A stretch of 64,000 bases of DNA from an uncultured Lentisphaerota bacterium (GCA_903921725.1 CAIXRA010000003.1:39428-103427); one strand, 5' to 3'; shown: positions 34,410-44,450, counted from the first letter of the stretch. Numbers and translations are program-made. Notes: generated by a model not told the origin, from the sequence alone.

Positions 34410-36779
34410 ATGAGCCCCCGCCCCGAACAGGATGAATCCGTCGGCGCCGCCCCCGTGACGCTGGCCCGCCTCAACTATCGCTACGCCGCCCTGCTGGTGG
34501 GCTGCGCCGTCGCGTTGCTGGCGCTTCTCTCCTACGACGACCGCGACTCCATGCTGCGTTACGGCGGCACGGGCGGGGACGCGCTGGTGCACAACTGGTT
34601 CGGGAGCTGGGGCGCCGGCTTTTCGCGCGCCATGCTGCTTGTGTTCGGGCTTGGCGCGTTCTGCTCGTTCGGGTTCCTCGCCCTCGCCGCCGTCCGGCGC
34701 TTCGTCGGCGGCCCCGGCGTGAAGCGTTCCGCCTGGCCGTACTGGGGCGCGCACCTGCTGGCCGCCGTCGGTTTCAGCATGTTCTTCGGCAGCTGGCTCT
34801 GGCCGGAATATCTCGCCGGCCTTCCGGAACGCTTCAACATCGACATGACCGCCGGCGGCGTCCTCGGCCAGCGCCTGTGCGACCCGAAGTACGGCTGGAT
34901 GCAGTCCGTGCTGAACCCGTCCGGAAACCTCCTCGTCGCCGCCGCTGTCATTTTCGCCGCCGCCGCCCTCATCTGGAGCTACGACTGGTACGGCTTCATG
35001 CCCTGGCGCCTGTTCCGGCGCAGGTCCGCGCCAGCCACGGCGGAACCCGCCGCCGGTGCGGCCGCGGCAAAAGAGGGGGAGGGCGCCTTTGCCCGCCTCC
35101 GCGCCAAGCTCTCCACCCCGGCGGAAAAACCCGCGCCCAAAAAAGAGGCCCGTCCGGAACCGGAGCACCCGTTCCTTCCCGGCACCGACCCCGCGCCCGC
35201 CAAGTCAGCCGCCCCGTTCCCGCTGCCCAAGGCGAAAAGCGCCAGCACCTCCGGGAAACCGTACAAGCTGCCCGGCACCGACCTCCTAAACAAGGGCAAC
35301 GACCGCGAAACCGCCGTCGAACCCGATGAGGTCGAGCGCAAGAAGGCCCTCATTCAGACCACGCTCGACCATTTTGAGATCGCCGCCAAGGTCGGCAACG
35401 CCACCTGCGGCCCGCGCGTCACCCTTTTCGAGGTCCGCCCCGAGCCCGGTGTCCAGGTCGAGGCGATCGCCCGCATCGAGAACAACCTGCTGATGGAGCT
35501 CCAGGCGCCGAGCATCCGCGTACTCGCCCCGATCCCCGGCCGCAATACCGTCGGCATCGAGGTGCCCAACGCCAAGGCCGCCACGGTGAGCCTCCGCGGT
35601 CTGATGGAGACGAAGGAGTGGCGGCAGACCCAGGCCCATATTCCGCTGCTGCTCGGCCGCAGCATCAGCGGCGAGACGGTCATCCTCGACCTGGCCAAGG
35701 CGCCGCACCTGCTCATCGCCGGCGCCACCGGCTCCGGCAAGTCCGTCTGCATCAACGCCATCATCGTCTCCATGCTCGCCCGCTTCTCGCCCGAGGAGAT
35801 GCGCTTCATCCTGGTGGACCCGAAGGTCGTCGAATTTCAGGCCTACCAGAAGCTGCCGCACCTGGTCACCCCGGTGATCTCCGACGTGAAGAAGGTGCCG
35901 CTCGCCCTCAACTGGGCCTGCCGCGAGATGGACCGCCGCTACAACGTCCTCGCCAAGGTCGGCGTTCGCAACCTCGAGGGGTTCAACGTGCGCACCCCGG
36001 AGAACCCGCCGGTCGTGGACGCCGACAACAACCCGATCCCCGCCCGCATGCCGTACATCGTCGTCATCATCGACGAGCTGGCCGACATCATGATGACCGC
36101 GAAGGCCGACGTCGAGACCTCCCTGGCCCGCATCGCGCAGAAAGCCCGCGCCGTCGGCATCCACGCCGTCGTCGCCACGCAGCGCCCCAGCGTCAACGTC
36201 ATCACCGGCGTCATCAAGGCCAACTTCCCCTGCCGCATCGCCTTCCAGGTCACCTCGCAGATTGACGCGCGCACCATCATGGACGGCAAGGGCGCCGAGG
36301 CGCTCCTCGGCCGCGGCGACATGCTCTTCCGTCCGCCCGGCGCCGCCAAGCTCGAGCGCAACCAGAGCGCCTACGTCGCCGACGAGGAGATCGACCGCGT
36401 CGTCGCCGCCTGCGCCGCGCAGGCCGAGCAGAAGTTCGAGGCCGAGGTCTTCCGCGTGCCGTCCGTCGGCGGTGCCGGAGGCGGAGAGGGCGGGGAGGAC
36501 GGCGAGTCGCTGAGCCCCGAGGACGAGGAGCTGATCCAGAAGGCCGTTGACGTCATCATCCGCGACCGCCGCGCCACCACCAGCTACGTCCAGCGCCGCC
36601 TCGGCGTCGGCTACAACAAGGCCGCCATCATCATGGAGGTCCTCGAAGGCCGCGGCATCGTCGGCCCGCAGGTCGGCTCCGCCCCCCGCGAAATCCTCAT
36701 CACCCGCGACGAAGCCCGCGACGAAATCGGCGAAGTCCTCAACGAGATCGAGGACGAAGAGGACTCCAAGAAGGGGTGA
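34410..36779 (+). CDS. ftsK: DNA translocase FtsK/SpoIIIE
   Basis: N-terminal TM helices, P/A-rich linker, Walker A GATGSGKSVCINAIIVSML, and C-terminal gamma wHTH SYVQRRLGVGYNKAAIIMEVLEGRGIVGP. Start at ATG 34410. Confidence 0.93.
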   Translation: MSPRPEQDESVGAAPVTLARLNYRYAALLVGCAVALLALLSYDDRDSMLRYGGTGGDALVHNWFGSWGAGFSRAMLLVFGLGAFCSFGFLALAAVRRFVGGPGVKRSAWPYWGAHLLAAVGFSMFFGSWLWPEYLAGLPERFNIDMTAGGVLGQRLCDPKYGWMQSVLNPSGNLLVAAAVIFAAAALIWSYDWYGFMPWRLFRRRSAPATAEPAAGAAAAKEGEGAFARLRAKLSTPAEKPAPKKEARPEPEHPFLPGTDPAPAKSAAPFPLPKAKSASTSGKPYKLPGTDLLNKGNDRETAVEPDEVERKKALIQTTLDHFEIAAKVGNATCGPRVTLFEVRPEPGVQVEAIARIENNLLMELQAPSIRVLAPIPGRNTVGIEVPNAKAATVSLRGLMETKEWRQTQAHIPLLLGRSISGETVILDLAKAPHLLIAGATGSGKSVCINAIIVSMLARFSPEEMRFILVDPKVVEFQAYQKLPHLVTPVISDVKKVPLALNWACREMDRRYNVLAKVGVRNLEGFNVRTPENPPVVDADNNPIPARMPYIVVIIDELADIMMTAKADVETSLARIAQKARAVGIHAVVATQRPSVNVITGVIKANFPCRIAFQVTSQIDARTIMDGKGAEALLGRGDMLFRPPGAAKLERNQSAYVADEEIDRVVAACAAQAEQKFEAEVFRVPSVGGAGGGEGGEDGESLSPEDEELIQKAVDVIIRDRRATTSYVQRRLGVGYNKAAIIMEVLEGRGIVGPQVGSAPREILITRDEARDEIGEVLNEIEDEEDSKKG

Positions 36780-36820
36780 GGGAAAGCGCGGAAGGCAGAA
36801 ACGCCCCTCGCGGCGTGGCC

Positions 36821-36874
36821 GTCCACCCGTCCACAGCCTCCGTCCACTCTGTCCACAAAGTCCACCCGGTCCAC
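36821..36874. repeat. six GTCCAC hexamers at 8-13 nt (mostly 9 nt) spacing just after the ftsK stop
   Basis: GTCCAC at 36821, 36829, 36842, 36851, 36860 and 36869, read directly; the array starts 42 nt after the TGA at 36777-36779. Confidence 0.8.
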
Positions 36875-36966
36875 CCTGCCATAAAACCCCGCCATCACCC
36901 CCGATTGAATCCCGCCGCCGCCTGTGTACCGTTAGCGGCATGAGAAAAATGCCAAGAGGCCACGCC

Positions 36967-37815
36967 ATGAACTTCCCGAAATTCTGGGCTCAGGGAACGT
37001 ACAAGAACTTCTTTGCATGGCGCTGGTCCGACAGCAGTCAGGCCGAGGCGGAGGCGCTGGCCGCCGCCGCCGCGCGCCAGCTCGCCGAGCAGTTCGCCGC
37101 CGACAAGCTGCCGCCTCCGGGGGCGCACTACGGTTATCCCGACCGGCCGATGCGCGAGCCGGTCCTGCGCGAATTCCGCGACCTCTCGGGCGGGCTCACC
37201 GCCGCCGTCACCCGCAACGCCTACGGCTGTCTCGTGCTGAACACGGCGCGGGCCATGTTCGTGGACGTCGACCTGCCGGAGCCGAAACGCGTCGGAGGCG
37301 GGTTCTTTAGCCGGCTGTTCGGCAAGAAACCGGAACCCGCGCCCGCCGGCAATCCGGCCGAGGCTCCCGTACTCGCCCAGGCGGAGGTGTGGTCGCGGCA
37401 AAACCCTGGCTGGAGCTGGCGCGTGTACCGCACGAAGGCGGGGCTCCGCCTGCTGGCCACGCACGACCTTTTCGATCCGGCGTCGGCGGAGACGCAGGCG
37501 GTGTTCGACGCCCTCGGCGCCGACCCGCTCTACCGCAGGCTCTGCCAGGTCCAGAACTGCTTCCGCGCCCGGCTCACGCCGAAACCGTGGCGCTGCGGAC
37601 ACAACAACCCGCCGTCGCGCTGGCCGTGGCCCGACGCCAAAGCAGAAAAACGCTTCAACGCCTGGGAGGCCGGATACCGCGAGGTCTGCGAGGGGTACGC
37701 CACCTGCAGCCTCGTCGCCGTCATCGGCAACGGCCTGGTGCATCCCGAAGTGCGCGCCGTCCTCGACCTCCACGACACCACCACGCTGGCGGAATCCAAG
37801 CTCAAACTCGCGTGA
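36967..37815 (+). CDS. conserved-looking hypothetical protein
   Basis: Coding-like composition. Start at ATG 36967 (MNFPKFWAQG) or 36940. Contains MFVDVDLPE and WRVYRTKAGLRLLATHD. No family recognised with confidence. Confidence 0.6.
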   Translation: MNFPKFWAQGTYKNFFAWRWSDSSQAEAEALAAAAARQLAEQFAADKLPPPGAHYGYPDRPMREPVLREFRDLSGGLTAAVTRNAYGCLVLNTARAMFVDVDLPEPKRVGGGFFSRLFGKKPEPAPAGNPAEAPVLAQAEVWSRQNPGWSWRVYRTKAGLRLLATHDLFDPASAETQAVFDALGADPLYRRLCQVQNCFRARLTPKPWRCGHNNPPSRWPWPDAKAEKRFNAWEAGYREVCEGYATCSLVAVIGNGLVHPEVRAVLDLHDTTTLAESKLKLA

Positions 37816-38131
37816 CGACTCATGTCGGGGGAACGCATGCACAATCTTTTGCATGGATTGAGGCGCCTCGCCTCTTTGGAGTGCCTGCGGCTCGACGCAG
37901 CTTTTTCAATTCCGGCAGAGCCGGTTGTGGCGCGAGGCATGGGAACGGATTGCCGCGTCTCCACCGGTTGCGACCTCTGCGCCGTGCCAAGGAATCCGCT
38001 CCGCTCCAACAGGAAAGCGGTGTCCATCCACCGACACTCCAAGGCGGCGAAGCGCCACAGTGCCTCCGACCGACCGGTTACGACGCCAGGACGACATCCC
38101 GCCGTATTATCGGCAAGGAAAGGTTTTACCA

Positions 38132-38758
38132 ATGCGCTACATCCTTGAGCATTTCGGCGTGGCCGTGGCGGCCGTCACGGGCGTTCTGGCGGCGCGCGGG
38201 AAGCGGGTGGACCTGTTCGGCGTGATTGTGCTCGCCGTGGTCACCGCGTTCGGCGGCGGGACGATCCGCGACCTCTGCCTCGGCAGCGCGCCGGTCTTCT
38301 GGGTCCAGGACCCGCGCTTCCTGCTCAACGCGGTGGTTGTGGCGGTGGCCACCTTTTTCGTGGCGCGGCTGCATCCGTTTCCGGTGACGGCCCTGCTGGT
38401 GGCCGACGCGTTCGCGCTGGCGCTTTTCACCATGGCCGGGGCGGAGAAAGCTCTCAGCCTCCAGGCCTCGCCAGGGATCGTGGTGGCGATGGGCGTGATC
38501 ACCGGCGTGGCCGGCGGCATGCTGCGCGACGCGCTGACGGGCGAGGTTCCGCTGGTGCTCCGCACCCAGATCTACCTTTACGCCACCGCCGCGCTGGCTG
38601 GCGCGCTGGCGTTCGTGCTCCTGAACTGCTGGCTGCCCGACGTGCGGACCAACATGATCGCCGCCATCGTCATCACGCTCGGCCTGCGCCTGGGCGCCAT
38701 CCGCTGGAAGGTCACCCTGCCGGAGTTCGAGCCGAAGCCGGACACGCCGGAACCGTAA
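38132..38758 (+). CDS. UPF0126 / trimeric intracellular cation channel (TRIC)-family membrane protein
   Basis: Two internal repeats carrying the GGGTIRD / AGGMLRD signature and about 7 TM helices. Start at ATG 38132. Confidence 0.85.
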   Translation: MRYILEHFGVAVAAVTGVLAARGKRVDLFGVIVLAVVTAFGGGTIRDLCLGSAPVFWVQDPRFLLNAVVVAVATFFVARLHPFPVTALLVADAFALALFTMAGAEKALSLQASPGIVVAMGVITGVAGGMLRDALTGEVPLVLRTQIYLYATAALAGALAFVLLNCWLPDVRTNMIAAIVITLGLRLGAIRWKVTLPEFEPKPDTPEP

Positions 38759-38806
38759 GGCCGGTCTCCGGCACTCCGGTCACGCCCCGGTCCGCGCCGC
38801 AGTTTC

Positions 38807-39853
38807 TCAGCCCATGCCGGCGGGCGCGACCGGAGCCGGCGCGTCATCGGCCGGAGGCGGAGGCGTGGAGGCGACCCTCTCCGGCGGCGGAACCGGGAAG
38901 ATCTGCAGTTCCGGATGCACCAGCTCCAGGAAATGGACGCGCCAGGCCGTGCAGAACACCGTCATGGGGAGCAGCAGCACGGCGCTGAGATACGGAAGAG
39001 CCATGACGCAGCCGGCAATACAGCAGGTCAGCAGGGTGACGGCAAGGATTGCCCCCACCCAGGCGATTCCGACCGCCATCGAAGTCACCCAATACGCGAC
39101 AAACCATTTCCAGCGTGACTTGAACAGCTTCCACACGTAGGCCAGCGCCGCGCCCGCCGTGATCCGGTACTTGTACATCAGCGGCACGCCGAACGCCTTC
39201 AGCAGCGCCGGCACGATGCCGGCCAGGATCAGCGGCACCATCAGCACCAACGCCACCAGTGCCACCCGCAGCCAGCCCCATAGTCCGACACCGCCCAGCC
39301 CGTTCAAGCTGTAGCCTGCGGACTCCGCCACCATCCAGAGCGTGCCGCCGATCCACAACAGCGCCAGAGGCAGCAGCACGCCCAGGCCGTACCAGAGCCG
39401 CCACCAGAAAAGGGAGTTTCCCTCCGCGCGGAATTCGCTCCACGGCTCTGCGATTCGCTTGTCGTTGCGCGCGATGTTGTCGAGGAACATGAACCTGCCG
39501 CGGGAATTGAGCCAGCACAGCGCCACGGAGAGCACCACGACCAGCAGGAACAGGGCGGCGGCACAGCCTATGATCAGCGTCAGGTGCCCGCGGCACCACT
39601 CCATCGCCTGGGTCATCATCTCCGCGGGGCCGCAGGGGGCGGAGGAATGCTTGCCGTGCGGGTCGCCGCCCCCACCGCCGCTGGGGAAATTGAACCTGCC
39701 GCCGTTTTCGCCCAGCGTCGCCAACCAGGCGGTGAACCCCAGCGCGAACCACTTGCCGAGGTCGAACGGCCGGAACAGGATGGTCACCATCCGCTCCCAT
39801 GCGGCGGCAAGCGAGTCCATTACCGCCGTGAAACCATTTCCAACGCTGTTCAT
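38807..39853 (-). CDS. integral membrane protein, unknown function
   Basis: FRPFDLGKWFALGFTAWLA N-terminus and at least six hydrophobic helices. Chosen over the same-strand overlapping ORF 38844..39890, which is Arg/Gly-rich and not protein-like. Confidence 0.7.
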   Translation of the reverse strand: MNSVGNGFTAVMDSLAAAWERMVTILFRPFDLGKWFALGFTAWLATLGENGGRFNFPSGGGGGDPHGKHSSAPCGPAEMMTQAMEWCRGHLTLIIGCAAALFLLVVVLSVALCWLNSRGRFMFLDNIARNDKRIAEPWSEFRAEGNSLFWWRLWYGLGVLLPLALLWIGGTLWMVAESAGYSLNGLGGVGLWGWLRVALVALVLMVPLILAGIVPALLKAFGVPLMYKYRITAGAALAYVWKLFKSRWKWFVAYWVTSMAVGIAWVGAILAVTLLTCCIAGCVMALPYLSAVLLLPMTVFCTAWRVHFLELVHPELQIFPVPPPERVASTPPPPADDAPAPVAPAGMG

Positions 39854-39981
39854 TGCCGATCCCTTCTCCCGGCCGGCAGATCCGCCGCACCGGGCCGTGC
39901 CCGTTACTCTACCGTGCGGTTTGCCCGATGCCAGCGCCGGGAAATGCCGGATTTCCCGGCAACCGGGACTATGTTACCGGC

Positions 39982-41742
39982 ATGAAAACAATCTGGATAG
40001 TGGCCGGGGAATCCTCCGGCGACCTCTACGGGGCGCACCTGGCCGCCGAACTGAAACGGCAGCGGCCGGACGTCACCGTGCGCGGCATGGGTTCCAACGC
40101 CATGCGTGCCGCCGGCGTCGAGATCCTCGTGGACTCCTCCGAACTGGGGGTCGTCGGCTTCGTCGAGGTCCTCAAGCATCTGCGCATGTTCCTGCGGCTC
40201 TTCGACCGGCTGGTCGCGCGCGCCGCCGCCGAGCGCCCGGACGCCGTGGTGCTGATCGACTACCCCGGCTTCAACCTGCGCTTCGCCAAGCAGATGCGCC
40301 GGCGCGGCATCCCCGTAATCTATTACATCAGCCCGCAGGTCTGGGCCTGGGGGAAGAAGCGGATTCCGGCGATTGCCCGAGACGTCACCCGCATGCTGGT
40401 CATCTTCCCGTTCGAACCGCAGGTGTACGCCGGGACCGGGCTCGACGTCCGCTTCGTCGGCCACCCGCTCAAGCAGATCCTCGCCGCCCGGCGCGACCTT
40501 GCGCTGAAGCGCGACCCGGACACCATTCTCCTGCTGCCCGGCAGCCGCAACAGCGAGCTCGACCGCCTGCTCGCGCCGTTCACCGAAACCGCCGCCTGGC
40601 TCAAGGCGCGCAACTCCCGGCTGAAATTCGTGCTCGCTGCGCCGAACGAGCGCATCGCCGGCATCGTCGAAAAAAAGCTGGCGGCCCTAAACGCGGAACG
40701 CGTTGAGATCGAAATCGTCACCGGCCGGACACAGGAATGGATGCAGCGCGCCGCCTGCGGTCTGGCCGCCAGCGGCACCGTCACCATGGAATGCGCTATG
40801 CTCGGCCTGCCGCTGGTCGTCGCCTACCGCATGAACCCGGTGACCGTCTTCCTCGGCCGCCTGCTGGTCAAGCTCCGCTACTTCACCATCGTCAACCTGG
40901 TCGCCGACCGCTGCATCTTCCAGGAGTTCCTGCAGGGGGACGTCTGTCCGAAAGTGCTCGGCCCCGCGCTGGAGGCGATCCTGCCCGGCGGCGCGCGCCG
41001 CGCCGAGGTCGACTCCGGCATGTCCGAGGCCGTCGCCAAGCTCGGCGAACACACCGACGCCAGCGCGCTTGCCGCCGCCGCCGTACTCGAAGTGGCGGAC
41101 GGACAGGCCGGGCGCACGCCGTTGCCGCCGCGCATGGGGCTGTTCCGCCGCACAACCCTCGCGCTCGCCGTCGCCGCCGCCGCCTACACCACATCCTACA
41201 TCGGCTACCGTGCGACGCACACGGAACTGGATTCCGCCACGCAGATACCCTGTGTTGTTTTCCCGGAATGCAGTACGGTGCTTTACCGGCTCTTCCGTCC
41301 GCTTTCTCTTGCCGACCAAGCACTCACCGGCACAGGCACCCGCCTTGCATCCCACCCGCTTTGGCATCCTGGCGTTGTGGTCGTAGACGCTCCTCTTTCC
41401 AGCTGGCAGGACGGGGGGATTTACATGTTCGATGTCATGGAATACCTGGGGCGCAGCCCGATTGAACACCAGCGCGCACTCATGCTTCTTGATGGCGTCG
41501 GTTATGGCAGGGGGAAGAAAGATTTCGTCTATGTTTTGGAATCAGGCAAGGTTACCGTCAACGGAGAGGTGTTTGATTCAAAAGCGGACGCCATCGCCTT
41601 TATCAAGCGAGAAGGCATCACCCAGCTTCTGGATTGCAGCTGCCGCACCAACTTTGACGCACCCAACAAAGCCTCAACCAATTTCCGCATAGACGGTGTT
41701 GATGTGCAGGCGTTCTACTGGGACAAGCGATCACCGCCATGA
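39982..41742 (+). CDS. lpxB: lipid-A-disaccharide synthase fused in frame to a roughly 214-aa C-terminal TM + unknown domain
   Basis: MKTIWIVAGESSGDLYGAHL, IDYPGFNLR and LLPGSRNSE over residues 1 to about 372. The frame then continues without a stop through MGLFRRTTLALAVAAAAYTTSYIGY (TM) and a lower-GC domain. Confidence 0.8.
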   Translation: MKTIWIVAGESSGDLYGAHLAAELKRQRPDVTVRGMGSNAMRAAGVEILVDSSELGVVGFVEVLKHLRMFLRLFDRLVARAAAERPDAVVLIDYPGFNLRFAKQMRRRGIPVIYYISPQVWAWGKKRIPAIARDVTRMLVIFPFEPQVYAGTGLDVRFVGHPLKQILAARRDLALKRDPDTILLLPGSRNSELDRLLAPFTETAAWLKARNSRLKFVLAAPNERIAGIVEKKLAALNAERVEIEIVTGRTQEWMQRAACGLAASGTVTMECAMLGLPLVVAYRMNPVTVFLGRLLVKLRYFTIVNLVADRCIFQEFLQGDVCPKVLGPALEAILPGGARRAEVDSGMSEAVAKLGEHTDASALAAAAVLEVADGQAGRTPLPPRMGLFRRTTLALAVAAAAYTTSYIGYRATHTELDSATQIPCVVFPECSTVLYRLFRPLSLADQALTGTGTRLASHPLWHPGVVVVDAPLSSWQDGGIYMFDVMEYLGRSPIEHQRALMLLDGVGYGRGKKDFVYVLESGKVTVNGEVFDSKADAIAFIKREGITQLLDCSCRTNFDAPNKASTNFRIDGVDVQAFYWDKRSPP

Positions 41743-41767
41743 GGACAAAAAACCGTAAGCGTGCGCC

Positions 41768-41956
41768 ATGACAAACATTGCCGGAAAACGTATCGATTCC
41801 CCGTGGGCGGAAGAAGCGGAATCACGCATCTCCGCTTATGGTGCGGGACTCATGGTTGCGGACTCCACTGAAAACGTCTTCAAGCGAATCAGCCTGCAGC
41901 ATATTCTGTATCCGGTTGCGGAGTCAAAAACCAAGGAACCGGAATCCATCTCATGA
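41768..41956 (+). CDS. orphan, N-terminally shortened 'putative addiction module component' (Unstab_antitox-like)
   Basis: IDSPWAEEAESRISAYGAGLMVADSTENVFKRI matches the C-terminal signature (AWaeEaeRRlaeydaG...eevf) recalled for that antitoxin family. Its stop overlaps the tcdA ATG (ATGA). Confidence 0.45.
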   Translation: MTNIAGKRIDSPWAEEAESRISAYGAGLMVADSTENVFKRISLQHILYPVAESKTKEPESIS

Positions 41957-42741
41957 CCCCCAAGCCCAACAAGGCGTTTTTCCAGCGGAGCGAACTGCTG
42001 CTCGGGCACGAGGTCATGCGGCGCGTCATGAAAGCGCGCGTGATCGTCTTCGGCGTCGGCGGCGTCGGCAGTTGGTGCGCGGAGGCGCTGGTGCGCTCCG
42101 GCATCCAGCATCTGACGATCGTGGACGCCGACGTCATCTGCGCCACCAACATCAACCGCCAGCTCCAGGCGACCGCCAAAAACATCGGTGAGCCGAAGGC
42201 GGACGAACTGCGGAAGCGGCTGGTTGAAATCAACCCCGCCGCCGAAATCATCGCGCACAAGCTGCTCTACGATGAGACCACCTGCGACCAGTACGACCTC
42301 GCGCAGTACGACTACGTCATCGACGCGATCGACACGCTCAAGAACAAGCTGCTCCTGCTCAAGCGCTGCACGGAGCTGGGCGTGACCGTGTTCGCCTCGA
42401 TGGGCGCCGCGCTCAAGCTCGACCCGACGATGATCCGCACCGCGCGCCTCAGCCGTACCCGGCACTGCCCGCTCGCCCGCATGGTCCGCAAGCGCCTGAA
42501 CCAGCAGGGCGCGGTGGTGGACTGCCTCTGCGTGTACAGCGAGGAGCTGCCGACGGAGAACCAGGGGAAAAGCGCCTGCGGCAGTTCGGAATGCGTCTGC
42601 CCGAAGAAGAACGAGCTGGACCTCTGCTCGATGAAGGCGCAGATCAACGGCGCGCTCGTCCACGTCACCGCCCCCTTCGGCTTCGTCCTCGCCGGACTCG
42701 TCATCCAGGACCTGGCGAAACCGCCACCGGCGGCCGTCTAA
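41953..42741 (+). CDS. tcdA: tRNA threonylcarbamoyladenosine dehydratase (ThiF/E1-like)
   Basis: VIVFGVGGVGSWCAEALVRSGIQHLTIVDADVICATNINRQ; 262 aa. Confidence 0.85.
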   Translation: MTPKPNKAFFQRSELLLGHEVMRRVMKARVIVFGVGGVGSWCAEALVRSGIQHLTIVDADVICATNINRQLQATAKNIGEPKADELRKRLVEINPAAEIIAHKLLYDETTCDQYDLAQYDYVIDAIDTLKNKLLLLKRCTELGVTVFASMGAALKLDPTMIRTARLSRTRHCPLARMVRKRLNQQGAVVDCLCVYSEELPTENQGKSACGSSECVCPKKNELDLCSMKAQINGALVHVTAPFGFVLAGLVIQDLAKPPPAAV

Positions 42742-42755
42742 TCCGCGGCATGCGC

Positions 42756-44450
42756 CTACGCTTTTTTGCGGCGGAGGCGGGCGAGGAGCAGGCCGGTGAG
42801 TTCGCGGAGTTCCTCGCACTTCAGCAGCCAGGCGGCGAGCGCGTAGGCGGCGTAGCCGGCGGCGAGGGGAATCGCCACCTCCGCGCCGCGTTCGCAGAGG
42901 ACACGCAGGCCGGGCTTCATGCCGGCGGGGAGCCGTGCGGCGACACCGACCGCCTCCGTGAGGCGCAGCGCGAAGATTGCGACCAGCGCGGCGGCGCCGG
43001 TGGCGGCGAAGATCTTCAGCGCCGACTGGCGGATGTCGGCCAGGATGTCGATGCCCGTCCGCCGCCGGAAGATCACCATCAGCAGCGCCAGATTCATCAG
43101 CGAGCAGAGCGTGGTCGAGAGCGCCAGGCCGCCCTGCTGCATGCCGCGGAGCGGGGCCAGGTCGAACAGGCTTCCCGGCAGGAGATGCGGCAGGATGACG
43201 AGCAGGTTCATTATGACGTTCAGCACCAGGCAGGCGAGCGTCACCAGCATCGGCGTACGGGTGTCCTGGCGCGCATAGAAGCCGTTGGCCATCGGTTTGA
43301 CGAGGGAGAAGAACGGAATGCCCGGCAGGTAGAACAGCAGCGCCCAAAGGGTGGCGCGCACACTCTCCTCGCCGAAGGAACCGCGCTGGTAGGCGAGGCA
43401 CACGACCGGCTCGGACAGCACGATCAGCAGCGCGGTCATCGGCATGCACATGAAGAGCACGTTGCGCAGGGAATGCGCAAGCTGGCCGCGGAAGGCATCG
43501 CGGTCCCCGCGCGCCCAGGATTGCGACATGGCGGGCAGCGAGACCACGCCGGCGGCGACGCCGAACAGCCCGACCGGCAGGTAGATGATGCGCTGGCTGA
43601 AGTAGAGCGAGGAGAGCGCGGCGGCGCCGAGCACGCTCGCCCAGACGGTGTCCAGCACGATGTTGAACTGGATGAGGCCGGTGCCGAGCAGCGTCGGCGC
43701 CATCAGCAGCGCCACCTTGCGCACCTCCGGCGAGCGCAGCGCCGGATCGAAGCGGAACGGCTCCCCAGCCACCTTCCGCGCCGCCCGCAGATGCACCCAG
43801 ACGTGGACGGCACCGGCCAGCAGCACCGCCGGGACGAGCCACCAAACGCCGGTGCCGTTCTCCACGACGGCCTGGATCTCCTCCGGCGTCCGGCCGCGGA
43901 TGCAGCACCACCAGACGCCGCCCGCCGCCAGGATCTGGAACACGTTCAGGATCAGCGGGGTGACGGACGGCAGCGCGAAGCGCCGGAAGCTGTTCAGCAC
44001 GCCGCCGAAGGCGACCGCGACGCAGATGAACAGCGCGTACGGCATCAGCGCCGGCGTCATCATCAGCGTCTGCCGGTGCAGCTCCTTCGGGAAGAACGGC
44101 AGCAGCCCCCAGCAGACCGCCGCGGCCAGCAGTACGAGCGCGCCGAGCACGAGCGTGAGCACGGAAACCACGCGGCAGGCCGCGCGCCACGCCGCCGCCT
44201 TCCCCTCCTTCTCCAGCGTCTCCGAAAAAACCGGCACGAAGGAGCCGGTGAAACTGCCCTCGCCGAACAGCGCCCGCGTCAGGTTCGGGATGCGGAACGC
44301 CGCGACCCAGATGCCGGTGCCGAGCCCGGTGCCCCAGACGGCGGCGAGCACGACGTCACGCGCAAACCCGAGCACGCGGCTCAGCAGCACGCCGAGGCTG
44401 ACCACCAGCATCGCGCCGCCCATTCCCTTCGGTTTTTCGGACTCGCCCAT
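42756..44450 (-). CDS. murJ: lipid II flippase MurJ
   Basis: VSLGVLLSRVLGFARDVVLAAVWG N-terminus and about 14 TM helices. Start at ATG 44450, or 44423 (which has an AAGGGA SD-like sequence). Confidence 0.9.
   Translation of the reverse strand: MGESEKPKGMGGAMLVVSLGVLLSRVLGFARDVVLAAVWGTGLGTGIWVAAFRIPNLTRALFGEGSFTGSFVPVFSETLEKEGKAAAWRAACRVVSVLTLVLGALVLLAAAVCWGLLPFFPKELHRQTLMMTPALMPYALFICVAVAFGGVLNSFRRFALPSVTPLILNVFQILAAGGVWWCCIRGRTPEEIQAVVENGTGVWWLVPAVLLAGAVHVWVHLRAARKVAGEPFRFDPALRSPEVRKVALLMAPTLLGTGLIQFNIVLDTVWASVLGAAALSSLYFSQRIIYLPVGLFGVAAGVVSLPAMSQSWARGDRDAFRGQLAHSLRNVLFMCMPMTALLIVLSEPVVCLAYQRGSFGEESVRATLWALLFYLPGIPFFSLVKPMANGFYARQDTRTPMLVTLACLVLNVIMNLLVILPHLLPGSLFDLAPLRGMQQGGLALSTTLCSLMNLALLMVIFRRRTGIDILADIRQSALKIFAATGAAALVAIFALRLTEAVGVAARLPAGMKPGLRVLCERGAEVAIPLAAGYAAYALAAWLLKCEELRELTGLLLARLRRKKA

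Noticed and set aside
37816-38131. Possible glycine riboswitch in the 317-nt leader of the UPF0126/TRIC-family gene, a family that has been linked to glycine riboswitches.
   Set aside because: I could not find the conserved GGAGAG...CACCGAAGGGGCAA...CTCAGGCAAAAGGAC-type cores on the + strand, only loose fragments (CACCGAC, CCAGGACGAC). A covariance-model scan (Rfam RF00504) would be needed to settle it.
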